A stretch of DNA of 64,000 nucleotides from Octopus sinensis (lineage: Eukaryota). The notes under the pieces were generated by a model. That model was given only the letters and a program-made list of their open reading frames with translations. It was not told where the DNA came from and made no database searches. The translations under genes were made by a program, and so were the position numbers. Below, piece by piece: positions 50,239 to 63,974 of this stretch. Location of the stretch: assembly GCF_006345805.1 (NCBI RefSeq), contig NC_043005.1, positions 45,756,001 through 45,820,000 on the forward strand, given 5' to 3'. Every line of letters begins with the position of its first letter. Within the stretch, counting starts at the first letter, position 1.

Positions 50239-53124
50239 GTGAGTTGTCTGAATGTGTTCTGAAGCCTTTTGAATGTGTTCTTGAGTCCTATCTTGTTGCT
50301 CTTCCATGTCTTTACAACTTACCTTCCCCCTTTCCTTTCCCTACTCATTTCCTTATGCCAATCATTTTAATGCCATCTTTTTTTAAAGAGTTTGTTTTGT
50401 TTTTATTTTCACTGCTTCAACATATCCTGTGACATTTGTTGCTTAAACATTTTACTAAACACCTCACTTCATTTTTTTTTTTTTGTTCTTGTTTTTACAA
50501 TTTCAGGGGAAATATCAAAATATACTTTCTACTGTTTGATCCACTTAATCTATCTCTTATTTGATTTGGTTCTTTCTATGCATGGTTAAACATACCTCAA
50601 AGTGTGCTACAAACTCTGGCGTGTTCTAAAGATTAGCTCAAGCACTATTGCTGGTTCTAGGCTCCTGTTTTGAGTTACTGTTTGCATTCTGCTTCTTTCC
50701 TATTTCTCTTCTATAAATCAAAAAACTACATAAGAAAATTTCTTTCTTATACCAATGGAATGATCTTTGAAGGCTTCCTATCTTTTTTCATTTTTTTTTC
50801 CATTTGTTGTACTATATTACCCTGTATTTCAGATAGTCTTCTCCCTGTCATCAGGTGTCATATATCTAAGTTTACATGATTTGGCACTAGCCATTATTTT
50901 GTTTAGAGTATTGACACTCATAGCCATTAAACATATTTATGATATTTGGTTGCTATACGCTCTGTCTTCTGCTTCTATAATCATTAACTCTGTAGCATTT
51001 AAACCATCTGTATCCAGGCCAAATATTCTACCTGTTTTATGGTCACACTGGCCTCTTACAATCTATCCTACTATGTCATTCTAAAACTAAACAATCATAT
51101 CATTGAAGTTTCAAAGAGACAATGCATGATTAATTCAAAATAATGTGAATAAATATGTGTCACGTTTGACAGAGCAATCTGGATGCTAAAGGGTTAACCT
51201 TATTCTATAAAAGGCTCCTTTTATGAAATTTCCATTTATGGTGTTCTGCAACAAATGGTTTAAAGCCATATCTCATTAATTATGATTTCTGAATTGCATT
51301 TGTGTAGAAAGTGATTTGATCTGCTGTGGCTAAATTAATTGCTTAGGGTATTGTATTTATTAAGCAGACTATGTACGATAACCAAATATTTGCTTAGTGT
51401 AAGATATAAGACTGTGCCAGTCTTATATCTCCTTGAGGCAGGCTGGATACTATTAGATTCTGGAGACAGTAACCAGACTCCTATGAAAATGTTCACACTG
51501 CATCTCCAGTTGTGACTTAGAATCAAATATTTTTGCTGATTGTATTGGATAGCTTTTACATTCTTTGAGGAAAATATTATTCTGATATCTGATATCTTTT
51601 TTTTTTCATTTCTTTGTTAACCAACCTTGTTTCAGTCATTAGACTGCAGCCATGCTAGGGTTAGGGTTACCTCGAGGAATTTTAGTTAAATGTACTGACT
51701 CCAGTATGTTTTTTGTGAAGCTTAGTACTTGTTCTATTGGTCTCTGTTGCTGAACCACTAGGTTACAGGGACATAAATAAATCAACACCAGTTGTGAACT
51801 GGTAGTGGGGGACAAACATGCACACACATATATATATATATATACATACACACGTGATGAGCTTCTTTAAATTTCTGTCTACCAAATCCACTCACAAGGT
51901 TTCGTCAGCCTGTGGCTATAGTAGAAGACACCTGCCCAAGGTACCACCAGTGAGATTGAACCTGGAACCATGTGGTTGGGAAGCAAACTTCTTACTACAT
52001 AGCCATGCCTGTGCTTATGTTCAGATTAATTTCTTGAAAGTTTTTTTGAAAGTGTCATAAAATTTTGACTGTTAGAAATTATATTGTATTGGTTTCCAGG
52101 CCAAATTTCTGTTGGTGTCGTTAGGTCACGTTGTGAAATTCGTTAGTTCATTTTATATCTAATCATCATCTTCACCATTTGACATCTGCTTTCCATGCTG
52201 GCATGAGTTAGGCAGTTTGACTGGAACATGTAAGTCAGAAAACTGCACCAGGTTCCAATCTGATTTGGCATGGCTTCTACGGCTGGATGCCCTTCCTAAC
52301 ACCAAACACTCTGAGTGTGTAATGGGCACTTTTTATGTGTCATTTACATGACATTGGTTAGAGCCACAGCTACAAATTCACAGGTGCTATTTACACAACA
52401 CTGGCTACTGCCATAATTCTCAAGTACAGCATATTGCCATGGTCTTGGTCAGTTATCATTGTCTCCATGAGGCCCAACATTCGAAGATCATGCTACTGGC
52501 AATGGCCATGATTATGATTTCACATGTGTCATTCACATGACACCAGCATGGCCACAACTACAATTTCACTCGGCCTGATGAGTTTTCTGAAGCACAGCAT
52601 ATTGCCAAAGGTCTAATATTGTTGGTTATTGGACATGCAACAATTATCTAGATTTATGTTCCACAATTGTACATAAATAAACCTTTCATGCTCTGATTAT
52701 TTTCCGGCTATTTTATAATTTGTTGGTGTAGGGTTCATTCAACTGACCACTCGTGTTTAATTGGTCAGAGTTCATTCTTACCCTGAATTAAGTTCATACT
52801 TTTATTTCACAGCTCTCATCATCTTTATTAGTATCTTCATCATTATTTGATATCATCTTTTTTTCTTACTCTTTGTCACCAAAATCACACCTGACATAAC
52901 TAACTTTAATTATTATTATAACATTTTATTTGTCTTATAAATATGTCTTGTGTTAAGTCTAAACATTAAAAAGAACAACACATGAAGAACAATTGCTTGA
53001 TCAATAGTTTTTTACTTGTGAAGTTGAATTACTTGTGGAGTGTCTTAACGTTTTGGACTGCATTGGTTTGTCATACAGAGGATGAAATCAATTGCTATTG
53101 AAATATACATTCCTTACTTGTGTA

Positions 53125-53485
53125 TTCCACGCAAGGTAAGCCTGTTTCTCCTACGTTCATTTCATTGACTGTGTGTATCTTAATAGTGAATTGCTGGTGG
53201 TTTGCGAATGTTGACTCCAATTATAGTCTTCTGAATCTAAATTTAGCTTATATTTTGCCTGTAAAGTTGTAAACATGCTCGCCACCTTACCATTAATGAT
53301 GGTAATAATACTTCTTTATTTAAAATACACTGGCAAAATATAAGCTAAATTTAGATTCAGTAGGGTATTTAAATACCACTTGCTATAATTGGAGGCATCA
53401 CTCCTAAAACCACTTGTAACTCACTATTAAGAAACATACAGGCAATGCAATGAACATAGGAGAAACAGGCTTACCTTGTGTGGAA
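53125..53485. mobile_element. Palindromic MITE with TA target duplication (Tc1/mariner type)
   Basis: ta|ttccacgcaaggtaagcctgtttctcct...aggagaaacaggcttaccttgtgtggaa|ta; inner arms ctgaatctaaatttagcttatattttgcc / ggcaaaatataagctaaatttagattcag. Confidence 0.8.
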
Positions 53486-53535
53486 TATATATATATATGT
53501 ATGTGTGTGTGTGTGTATATATGTGTGCATATACG

Positions 53536-53568
<33 letters not shown>

Positions 53569-53776
53569 ATATGTATGTGTGTGTGTATATATGTGTGCGT
53601 ATATGTATATATATATATATATGTGTGTATGTGTATATATATGTGTGTATATGTATGTGTGTGTGTATATGTATGTGTGTGTATACATGTGTATATATAT
53701 ATGTATATATATGTATGTATGTATATATGTGTGTGTGTATATATATACACACACACATACACACACACACACATAT
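53486..53776. repeat. Compound (TA)n/(TG)n/(CA)n microsatellite
   Basis: Alternating purine-pyrimidine run; source of six spurious 100-138 aa ORFs. Confidence 0.95.
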
Positions 53777-53786
53777 AAAGGAAAGT

Positions 53787-54060
53787 GCCATTGGAAGTTC
53801 AAAAACACAGTCGAAGTGCAGAGTCAATTAAGAAAGGTGTTTCAAACGAGACTTGTCATTACTTGAATTGGGGATAAGTTTGAGTCAGATAGACATGTTT
53901 AGAATGTTTATGAGACGTGTTCCAGAACGCCATCTATGAACCCCACAGAGTAATAAAGTGTAAGAGAAATGTTTTGCGAAAGTTCAAGAAAATCTGAGAT
54001 AAGAATTTCCAAATCAAGCATCCATCGCATTTTGAAATGCTATCATTTGTAAGTTGCATT
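53787..54060 (+). pseudogene. Decayed Tc1/mariner-like transposase N-terminal HTH fragment (DUF4817-like)
   Basis: Interrupted frames read WKFKNTVEVQSQLRKVFQT...IGDKFES...ISKSSIHRILK, resembling the VEVQRQFR...DKFE...ISKSSVHRILK pattern. Confidence 0.6.
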
Positions 54061-54169
54061 TCAAGAATAGTTCATGCTCTAAATAAGGTGGAACCGGACC
54101 GAAGACGCGTCTTGCGAGTGGAGGCACGATGGCCCAGTGGTTAGGGCAGCGGACTCGCGGTCGTAGGAT

Positions 54170-54281
54170 CTGTGTGTATGTATATGTATATATACATACA
54201 CTTAGGATGTATGTGTATGTACATGTATATATATGTGTATGTATATATATATATATGTGTATGTATGTGTATATGTGTATG

Positions 54282-54316
<35 letters not shown>

Positions 54317-54460
54317 ATGTATATATATATAGGTATATGTGTATATATAGATATATATAGAGGTGTGTATATGTATATAAATATATATATAGGTATATAT
54401 GTGTATGTGTGTGTATATATATGAAGATGTGTATATATACATGTGTGTATATGTATATAT
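54170..54460. repeat. Compound (TA)n/(TG)n microsatellite
   Basis: Seen directly in the sequence; truncates a SINE head. Confidence 0.95.
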
Positions 54461-56149
54461 TATTTTATATATCTGTTTTGGTACAATCGGAAAAGTACCC
54501 AGTATAAATGATATAGAGCAGTGTTATTCTAGAGTCTTCACGGCATATAGCCATATGTTCTGACAAGTTGATCCCAGTCTGTTTTATCTGAATAGGGGGC
54601 TGCACACAATTGAACCTTCAGAATAACAGACTAAGATTTTGTGTGAATGTATATGTGTGTGTGTGTGTGTGTGTGGTGTGTGTATATATATTCACACACG
54701 CACACACACACACACACACACACACCCATGCACGTAAGCACATAAATGCAAAATAAGGCAGGGAAAAAATAGTACTTGACTACGAAAATGTAGAGTAATA
54801 TGCTTTTTATTAAAGCTGAAAAAATTTTCACGCACTCTTACTCAGAGTTTGTCATTACCATTCGTCGGACAGTTGTGACCATATGCATGCATGCACGTAT
54901 GTATGTTTATGGTTTATCAGTTAAGCTTTGATATAAGTAAATAGTGGTTTAATTTAATTGAGTTATTGAATCCTTGTTTTAATAAAAGAGCTTTTGATCT
55001 TCTAATTATATTATATGAAGTTTCAGTCGCATTTATCTTCATTTCCTGTTAGCGTTGCTTTTGTTTACTTTCACTTAGTTTCTGTTAACCTGCTCCAACA
55101 AATATTTCTGCTAATATTCCTATTTTATTTTCAAGTAGATAGTATCCACTGCTTATCATGTCAGAGACACACCCTGCTTCTCCCTACCCTCTTATGAGCT
55201 CCATCTGCCTTTTCTCTTTTCCCTGCATTATGTTTGGATACCCACTTTACTTTGCATTCCTCTTCATTGCATAACCATGTTTTTAGTCCTGTATTTAAGC
55301 TTTTTTTAAATTTTTTTTTTTTTGTTTTGCTACTCCTATTCAATCCAGTAAAATGACACGGCCTTTGTATTAATTACAAAATTTTACCAACAGTTACGGT
55401 ACAAGCAAATATATTTAAACCCCAATTTTTATTTTATTCCTGTGTTTCTCTTCTCTCTTAGATGGGTTGGTTTAGCAAATTTATCTATTTAAAAACGGAA
55501 CCATTTTCAGCATTGCCTGTACAATATCTGTTGAACTGGAGTAAAAGTGATTCATGGTTAAATTATGCAGTAATGTTGATAGAGTGAGAACACAGAGATT
55601 TAGAACAGTTTTAGCAGTCATCTTTATTGTGTCTATCTAAATATTTTACCAGTTCAGATATGCTTGGAGCATATTTGAACCTGTATGAAAGTCATTCACT
55701 GTGTTTCGTTATGGAGAAAATTTTCCCACTGTAGACAAGAGATGTAAATACACTTACCACTCTGTAATATTTCATACTTGTCAGTCAGTATATTGTATTT
55801 GAAGGCGGCGAGCTGGCAGAAACATTAGTACGCCAGGCGAAATGCGTAGTGGTATTTCGTCTGTCTTTACGTTCTGAGTTCAGTTTCTGCCGAGGTCGAC
55901 TTTACCTTTCATCCTTTCAGAGTCGATAAATTAAGTACCAGTTGCATACTAGGGTCGATCTAATAGGCTGCCCCCCTCCCCCAAAATTTCAGGCCTTGTA
56001 CCTAGAGTAGAAAAGCACATATTACTATTAGTAAATAGTTTGTTTTAGTGACTCTCTTTCTAACAAGTAGACTGCTGATGTGTTTCAATTAATTTTCAGT
56101 GTAATCAAGATTTTAGAGGTGTGTGTGGTTAATTAAATATTTAGAGTTT

Positions 56150-56570
56150 TATATATTGATCACACGCCAAACGGGAGGATCCCAAAATACCTCTTGTGTG
56201 AAGAATTGGTGACTTGGCACTAGAGTACGAGGATGACCTCATCATCGTTTCAAGGATGTCTACAAGAGAGACTATGAAGCTCCCTGAGATGGGAGGAGGT
56301 CACAAATGATCGCCCACACTGGAGACAAATATTGCAAAAAGGAATGAAGTGAGGGAAAGAGAAACAGGAACTCACTACCAAAGAAAAGAGCACTTGACAG
56401 AAGGAACAACCAGTAGTGCTGGCAGAGAGCTTGTTCAAATGTAGTCACTGTATGTGTAACTGTTATTCACTAGTGGAGCTCTACAGCCACAGCAGATGCA
56501 GCACCACCATCAGCAGTTCACATAATTTCAGGCACAGATCCACGGTCTCTCAAGACTGGATGCCTACTAT
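56150..56570 (+). mobile_element. Decayed RTE/BovB-like LINE 3' fragment
   Basis: HTPNGRIPKYLLCEEL...RWEEVTNDRPHWRQILQKG...CSHCMCNCYSLVELYSHSRC, matching the RTE C-terminal DRxxWR and CCHC-like motifs. Confidence 0.7.
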
Positions 56571-58106
56571 TATATATCGATATATTACGCTGGGGTTGTT
56601 CACCTGAAATCTCAGGATGATATTCATGTTATGATGTGATTGACATTGACATTTTTTAAATTTAAATATGAGGATGCATAATCATCTTCATTATCATCAT
56701 TTAGTGTCCATTTTCCACGCTGGCATTGATTGGACAGTCTAACTGGAACTAGTAAGGCCAGGATCCACACGTGGCTCTATTGTCTGCTTTGGCATGGTTT
56801 CTGTGGCTAGATGCCCTTCCTAATGCCAACCACTTAACTAGGTGTACCAGGTGTTTTTCACATGGCACCAACATGGGTCATCTCAGATGGGATTTTTTTA
56901 GTAAAATGGGATACATAGACAGTCAGGCATTATTTGAAAAATTCCCTTTATTCATTTATTATTTTCCTTTTTCAATTGATCAGATATAAAAAGCTTCCAC
57001 ATAGCCAACTAATTTTCCAATAGATGATAACTTCACCTGAAAAACAACAGCAAGAATGTGTGATCAACACTAAAATATGTTCTAATTAGGAACTCTGATA
57101 TTACTACTACTTAAAAATGTTAATTTCCTTTTATTTCTTCACTTTAACACTTATTGATTGCTAAGTTCATTTGATCAATCACACGGCTAGATGAAGAAAT
57201 TGTCATTGTTCAGGCATGATTTTTCTTTTAAATTTCAATACAATGTAAACTGAATGTTACGCATATGTTTCAGCTCAGCTGCTGGATTTATCTTGGAAAT
57301 GAGAGCATTTAGTATTGATTCAGTGGTTTACTTTGAGTTGGATAACAGGAAAACATAAGAAAGTATTTTTGTACTTACTCCCTTGAAATCTAAGTTGTTA
57401 TCTTTTTTGTTTATCTCAAAGAAATTTTTTTTTTAGTTTTCTTTACCATTATTTTTTTTGCATTGTTATTGTTGTTAGGCTGATGGTACCTTATTTTTGT
57501 TCTTGCTTTAATTGTTGCTGTCATATTGATTATTATCTCTCAAATATTCTTTTCCATGTATTTGATTTTTACTAACACCCTTTCCCAACATTTTAAAAAC
57601 TAAAAGGGCTAATAATATAAAAAACAATTTGGATTTTATATATATATATTACTTAATTATGTGTTATTATTTATATGACCAAAGGTAATTTTTTCCGATG
57701 TTATAGTTAAGAAAAAAAAAAACTGATATCAGTTCCTCTTCTATTATTAGCTAAAAACAAAGAGGAGGCTATAATATTTTTGACTAGAGGGCCTAATTTG
57801 TTTTAGGGCAGAGGCCAGCAAACCATTTTGGAGGCAGGCTACATTGGAAATGTTTTTATGCCTTGAGGGGCCCAAAATGAAACAGCGATATTACAAGGCT
57901 GTCAACACAGCTACATATGTAATTGATATGTGCCATGAAGTGAAAAATCAAAGCATTTTCATTTAGGCCAAATGTGGGTGGGTAGGTGGATGGGTAATTG
58001 TGACTTCAGGTTTAGTGTAGTACCCAGCAGTATACCTGCTACCATCTGTGGGCAACACGTAAGCATTTTTTGTTATTCTCTTTTAGAATCCTGTAGTTAT
58101 GTAAAC

Positions 58107-58358
58107 CAATGGTTCCAACCGTTTTTCTTTACCCTGAACTGATTTCATGGCAATTTTTCCACAGATTGGGCGATCATATGCACAACAAAATAAAAAAGTG
58201 AATTATACAATTTAATTATTACACCAAAAGTATACATACATTAAATATCTAATTCAAATATAATGCAAAAATATCCTGAAAACTGCAGTAGTCAATGAAA
58301 TAATAATAAAATTTCAAAACCTATTCTTTGTGGATGGCTCAGTGGTTAGTGACCACTG
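58107..58358. mobile_element. hAT-type MITE
   Basis: Ends caatggtt / gaccactg; perfect 8-bp TSD atgtaaac at 58099-58106 and 58359-58366. Confidence 0.8.
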
Positions 58359-61300
58359 ATGTAAACTACATAGTTAGTACAGCATATAAGATGCTGTTAG
58401 TTTCTGTTGCTCCATACATTTGGGGAGTTGAGAACATTTACTGTTTACCCCCCCCCCCTCTCCTTTTTTGTTTGGTATTTATTTGAAACCATTGATTCTT
58501 ATTTTTTTTTCCATACTACTTCTAGTTTTGGGACTCATAGGGTCAGTTACCCAGTTTCTTTGGTATACAAATGATCGATATCACAACATAACCCTTGAAT
58601 GGGACACCACTCCACATCACAAGGTTCAGTCATTTACAGCTGAGTGGACTGGAGCAACATGAAATGAAGTGTTTTGCTCAAGAACACAATGTATCACCTG
58701 TCTAGTCTGAGAATCGAAACTACGATTGCAAGATTATGAGTGCAACACTTCTAAGTACTAAGACATATGCTTCAAGTGAAGCCACTACAAAAAGGAGGCT
58801 TTCATTGTTTTTCTACTCTGAATTATTTGATTGTTTGCTAATAGTAAATAGATAAGGAAAACAAAAGAAGTTGTGTTCAGCATCACCTATTCAGTAAAGT
58901 TGGCTGAATGGATAAATTGAAGTTGTGGGCTGCAGTTTGTCAGTTGCTGCTTTAGGGAATGTGTGTGTATGTATACGTTGTTCAAATATTGAAGTTCTTC
59001 TCGAACAAATGCAGGAGAGATTGTGTAATGGTATGAAACCATTTCTGACACTTCTGATTACGATACGATGCAGTCTGCTAATCTACATTACATGCTGTCT
59101 TTTATTCTGTTTGAGGATTATCATCCTTCAGAACTCCCCTCCTCTACATCTACACAAAAAAAGATTGCATACCAATTTAGGAGGCTCTAGATAAAGTGGC
59201 CTAATCTCTCTCTGTCTCTCAAATTACATACTACCATCTTTAAAAATAGAAGTACTTATTGAATAATGTGCGCCGGTTAATAGCCTTAGTGTTTGAACCA
59301 AACAATTCAGTTTAAATTACATCCGTAAATACATACAAAGAAAAAAATAATAAAAGAATTCATGACAATTCTTGTTAAAGAAAGCAAGGGAAAGGACTCT
59401 GAAAATTAAATTGACTAAAAATTTAACACATACTGGGAGTGAGTCTGATCTTTGGTAGGTACCTATTTCAGCGTTATTAGTAAATTGGTTGATGACCATA
59501 TAAGTACGTTTTTGTCGTATTAAACATTCTTGATGAAGTATTGTCTAACATATAATTACCCTTTGTGCAAAGAATATTCCCAGATAAGACGCTTTCAAAA
59601 TAATCATCATCATCATCATCATCGTTTAACGTCCGTTCTCCATGCTAGCATGGGTTGGACGGTTCGACTGGGGATCTGGGAAGCCAGAAGGCTGCACCAG
59701 GCTCCGGTCTTATCTGGCAACATTTCTACAGCTGGATGCCCTTCCTAACGCCAACGACTCCGTGGATTTCAAAATTTTGGTACTAGGCCAGCAAGTTTGG
59801 GGAAAGGATAAGTTGATTACATTAACTCCAGTGCTTAACTGGTTGTTATTTTATTGACCCCAAAAGTGTGAAAGGTAAAGTTGACCTCAGTGGAATTTGA
59901 ACTCAATGTAAAGACAGACAAAATGATGCTCAGCATTTTTCCCAGTTTGCTAATGATTCTGCCAGTTCACAACTTTACACTTTTAACCCTTTAGCATTTA
60001 TTAAACCAGCCATATCTGGCCCAAATGTTCTCCCTGTTTTATGTTGAAACGGGCCTGATCTAGCCTCTCTCACCAACCCTACAATGTCATCCTAAAAATA
60101 AATGATCACATCTTCAAAATCTTGAAGTTAGAAGGTAATACGTGATTAATTTTTAAAAATGTAGATAGATAAGCATTACATTTGATAAATTAATCTGAAT
60201 GTTAAATTTTTCAGGGAAGCCTTCTTTGTCAAGAATATATAGTTAAGTGCAGGCTATCATACTAATATAATGGGATTAAAAGAATATTTTAATTATTACA
60301 TTAAATTGAAGTATATGATTTTATTTAAAATATATTTTTGCTACAACAGTGGGGTTTTTTTTTTATCTATTTTGGTTTCTTTTTTTCTTCAAAATATATT
60401 AATCCATTCTAGATTTAGTTGGGTAGTTTCTGATGAGGTTTTTTTTTTTGTTTTCATTGTGTGTGTGAAGCAAGATGTTTCCCAATAGCTAACTACTCAA
60501 TCATAAAGTCAAGAGTAGGTCTTGATCTATCAATCAAGCAAACTGAGGCAAGCAGTTTTGTGCTTCACCCTTTGTTAACAACTCTAAGGATCTTGTAAAG
60601 ATTGATTATTTAGTTCATATAGTCCCTCTCTCTGAAGCCCTAAATCATTTTCCATTATTGCATATACAGAATATTTGCTTTAAATTCTTTATATACAGTG
60701 GTAGATATCACTTAGGTTCCCCTTTAAATAAGTTGGTTTTTAACAGTGGAGCTTGAAGCCGATGAAGCCATAAAAAACTCTTTGGATGGGATTTCTAACC
60801 CAGTATATATACACACTATTAATTATAGCTTTATCTACTTCGTGTTCTACCACTAAAGACAAATTATGTCACATTTCTCAAAGTTTTTGAATTTCTCTGA
60901 TGTAAGGAACTTTGAAAAAGTTTTTAATCAAATTTATTTTAAATGGCATGTGTGTGTATGCACACATGTATGTGCATATGCACAAATGTGTGTTGTGTTG
61001 AAGCCACTGTTTTCTGTATTGAGAAAGTTTATATAACACATTTCTTTATGAGCCCTTCTTATACCTTGAGCCATTCTTAGCTATTTCAACCTCTCTACCC
61101 CACTTTTTTCTCTCTCTTCATTTTTTTACTGCTTGTGTTGTGTTGTTTTGTTTTATTTAACTTGTTCTCATGTTTTCCGCATGTTTCCTCATCCAAAATT
61201 TGTTGCCTTGTTTATTTTAAACATCATTTGCCATTCCCCAATTGGTCTAATGTTCCATTGTTAAGCTTGGGCTGATAAATGCTTATATTCTGTTGGGAGA

Positions 61301-63455
61301 TTGTTTATTTCTGATTGGAGCACAATGTGTGTGTGTGTGTGTGTGTTTGGTACGTGATGATATCTTTAATCATCACCATTTGTTTTAAAATTGATCTCAG
61401 TTTGTTAGCATGGGGTTTTGCCAGATTGAAAATAAAGTGGCACTATCATGATTCAAAGTTACCTTCTTCAGATTTTTTGCTGAATCGATTCTCATTTAGA
61501 TTTACATTTGAGATAATCAAATACATACTTTGCATGTCATATTTGCTTTCAGCTAACTTATTCACCACTTGATAATGTTTCAGTGAGTATATGATGTGAA
61601 CCATTACAATATCATGTATATTTTCAATTTTGTCATTGTTTACTATGTTGTTATGTCATGGTTGTTGCTGTTGTTATAACATTACATTTTTGGCCACTTT
61701 GAGCACTACTTTTTTTAATTACCAAATAGTCAACCTTTGCAGTGACTATTCTCACATATATACTGTCTTTTAGTATACCCAGTGCTACATCACTGTTTTT
61801 CATTTTTATTATGTGTAGGGATACTGAAAGTCTGGAATCTCTCAATTTAGACTTACCAGATCCGTTTGTGACTTTCATGACTCAACCCTTTCATTACCAT
61901 ATTTCTGTTGATAACTCATGGTCTTTGTTTCACTTGATTTTGAAAATAATGAGAAAATTATCAAAATAACCTTGTCTCACTTAAGCTGGAGTTTGGAACA
62001 TAAATTAACATGGAATGTTGGGGAAAGGTTTTGAATTACTTTAAACGGTAAGTTTATATCATAGAACCAGAGTTCTCCATTCTCAGGATGATCCTAAGCA
62101 CACCAAATACAACCGGTCTCATTGCAAGTTCACATCAAGTAACTAAGGAGTGCTTATGCACAAAGGACAGACTGAAATTAGCTATGTATTAGAGTCCTTG
62201 AGGTTTAGTGCTACCAGAGACCAAACAGACTTGGTCAGCCCAATATTCCATTTAATGTTTCTGTCTGTTATATTTATGTGGCTATTTTGGATGAACATGT
62301 TCATTGTGTACTTAGGTGATAGAAATATAGTGTTAAAATATTTTTTCATTACCTTTATTTAAGAAACAAATGAAATAGTCTAGCCAGACCTTGGGATTAA
62401 ACGTGCTGAAAAATTATAACCTTATTGTGCTTCTCACTTCCAAATATCAGTTTACATTTTATATTCTTCCTACTACTCATCTTTTTTTCCTTATTCATTT
62501 ATTCATGCCCCTACTTATTCATATTCTCTCAATCTATCATTTGATACATGTTTGTTACAACCCATCACCATTTATTATTTATTAGCATTTGTTATAAGCC
62601 ATTGTATCGAGCTATTAACTTCCCTATACATAGATATTCAGATGACTTCTTTTCAATTTTTCCAGGCCATTTTCACTACATGATTGTCTCTGTCTTTGTG
62701 TTCAAAGCCTTATTGTTCTATGACTCGTTTATTCTGTGGTAATGTTTAGAGATAGTCACCTCTGTTTTTGTGGTTAATATTCCTTAAATTATGTTCCTTA
62801 AAAGCATGTCTAGTTACTCCAAATTGTTTGCAGTCCTCATACTTTCAAACTCCAAAGAAAAAAATAAGTTCTCTCGTTATTGGTGACTTTCTGCTGAGTT
62901 TAGTCTTCTGAGTCTCACTACAGCTCTTTGATATGTTGGTTGCATTATTCATTATTAAGAATAGTATGTTGGCAGATTTGATAGTATAATGGACAAAATA
63001 CCTTGCTATATTTAGTTACATCTGTTTATGCAAAGTTAGAAACCCTGTTATTTCATGAATAATTTGGTAAAACTTTTCATTCTAATTAATATTTTCATCT
63101 TTCATTGTCTTTTAACAATAAATATTTTGTTATAATATATACATGATAAATTGTCTGTGCCATTTAACTGATTAATTTGTCAATTGTTTGTTTTCAGATA
63201 AGAAACAACTCATCTTTTGTATCTTACTTTTTTCAGTCATTGAACTGTGACCATGCTGGGTTACAGTTTTGTGGGGCTTTAGTTGAACAAATCAAACCCT
63301 AGTACTTAGTTTTTAAAGAGTGGTACTTATTCTCTCGCTCTCTTTTGCTGAAGCATTAAATCACAAGGACCTAAAACTACACAGGTGGTCAAGTGAACAA
63401 ACAAAGACATACATGCATACATGTGTGTGTGTAATTGTGTATATGTATCTATATT

Positions 63456-63490
<35 letters not shown>

Positions 63491-63921
63491 CATCAAATGG
63501 ATGTGTTATAAAACTACTATTCAGCACATGCAATAACAGCCATACCAACAATCCAACATCATCAGCTGCCCCACAGATATCACTATAGTTTCGACACCTG
63601 GGCATCACCTTTCAATCTGGCGGTGTCAACATCACTAAAATAAGTGTTGTTTGGGAACAAATATACCTTAGATGTCACCACATTCATTCAATCTTAATTC
63701 TAGGAAGGATTAAACACTAACATTATTAATTAGACTACAAAAAAAAAATCATTTACTATATGTACAACAGTATCGGTAAATAAATTCAATAAGTAAACCT
63801 ATAAATAACTCCTAAGTTATTAAGTCTTAATAGTGACCAAACCCTTAAAGTCCATACAGATAATATTCCCACCAGTCTTCCATAGTTATATATATATAAG
63901 TATATAAACATATGTGCATGT

Positions 63922-63974
<53 letters not shown>

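Noticed and set aside
54119-54170. tRNA-like sequence
   Set aside because: It is the truncated tRNA-derived head of a SINE with no T-arm or acceptor stem. No true tRNA gene was seen in the window.
53404-54442. Overlapping 100-142 aa ORFs rich in Y/I/H/T or V/C/M/Y
   Set aside because: They are translations of (TA)/(TG)/(CA) microsatellites, which lack stop codons.
55462-55475. Strong pyrimidine tract and AG at 55461
   Set aside because: The nearest donor gives 4 nt (frameshift), and the phase-1 reading hits TAG within five codons. No further support.
58010-58058. Donor CAC|GTAAGC with several upstream AGs
   Set aside because: None of the possible exon lengths (49, 43, 38, 31, 28) preserves frame, and the acceptors lack pyrimidine tracts.
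61819-61870. Exon-like DTESLESLNLDLPDP or ILKVWNL peptide
   Set aside because: The phase is incompatible with exon L or the frame ends in a stop; there is no good donor.
63198-63218. 21-nt phase-1 open segment after ttttcag
   Set aside because: The donor gtatct is too weak and the segment abuts a SINE end.
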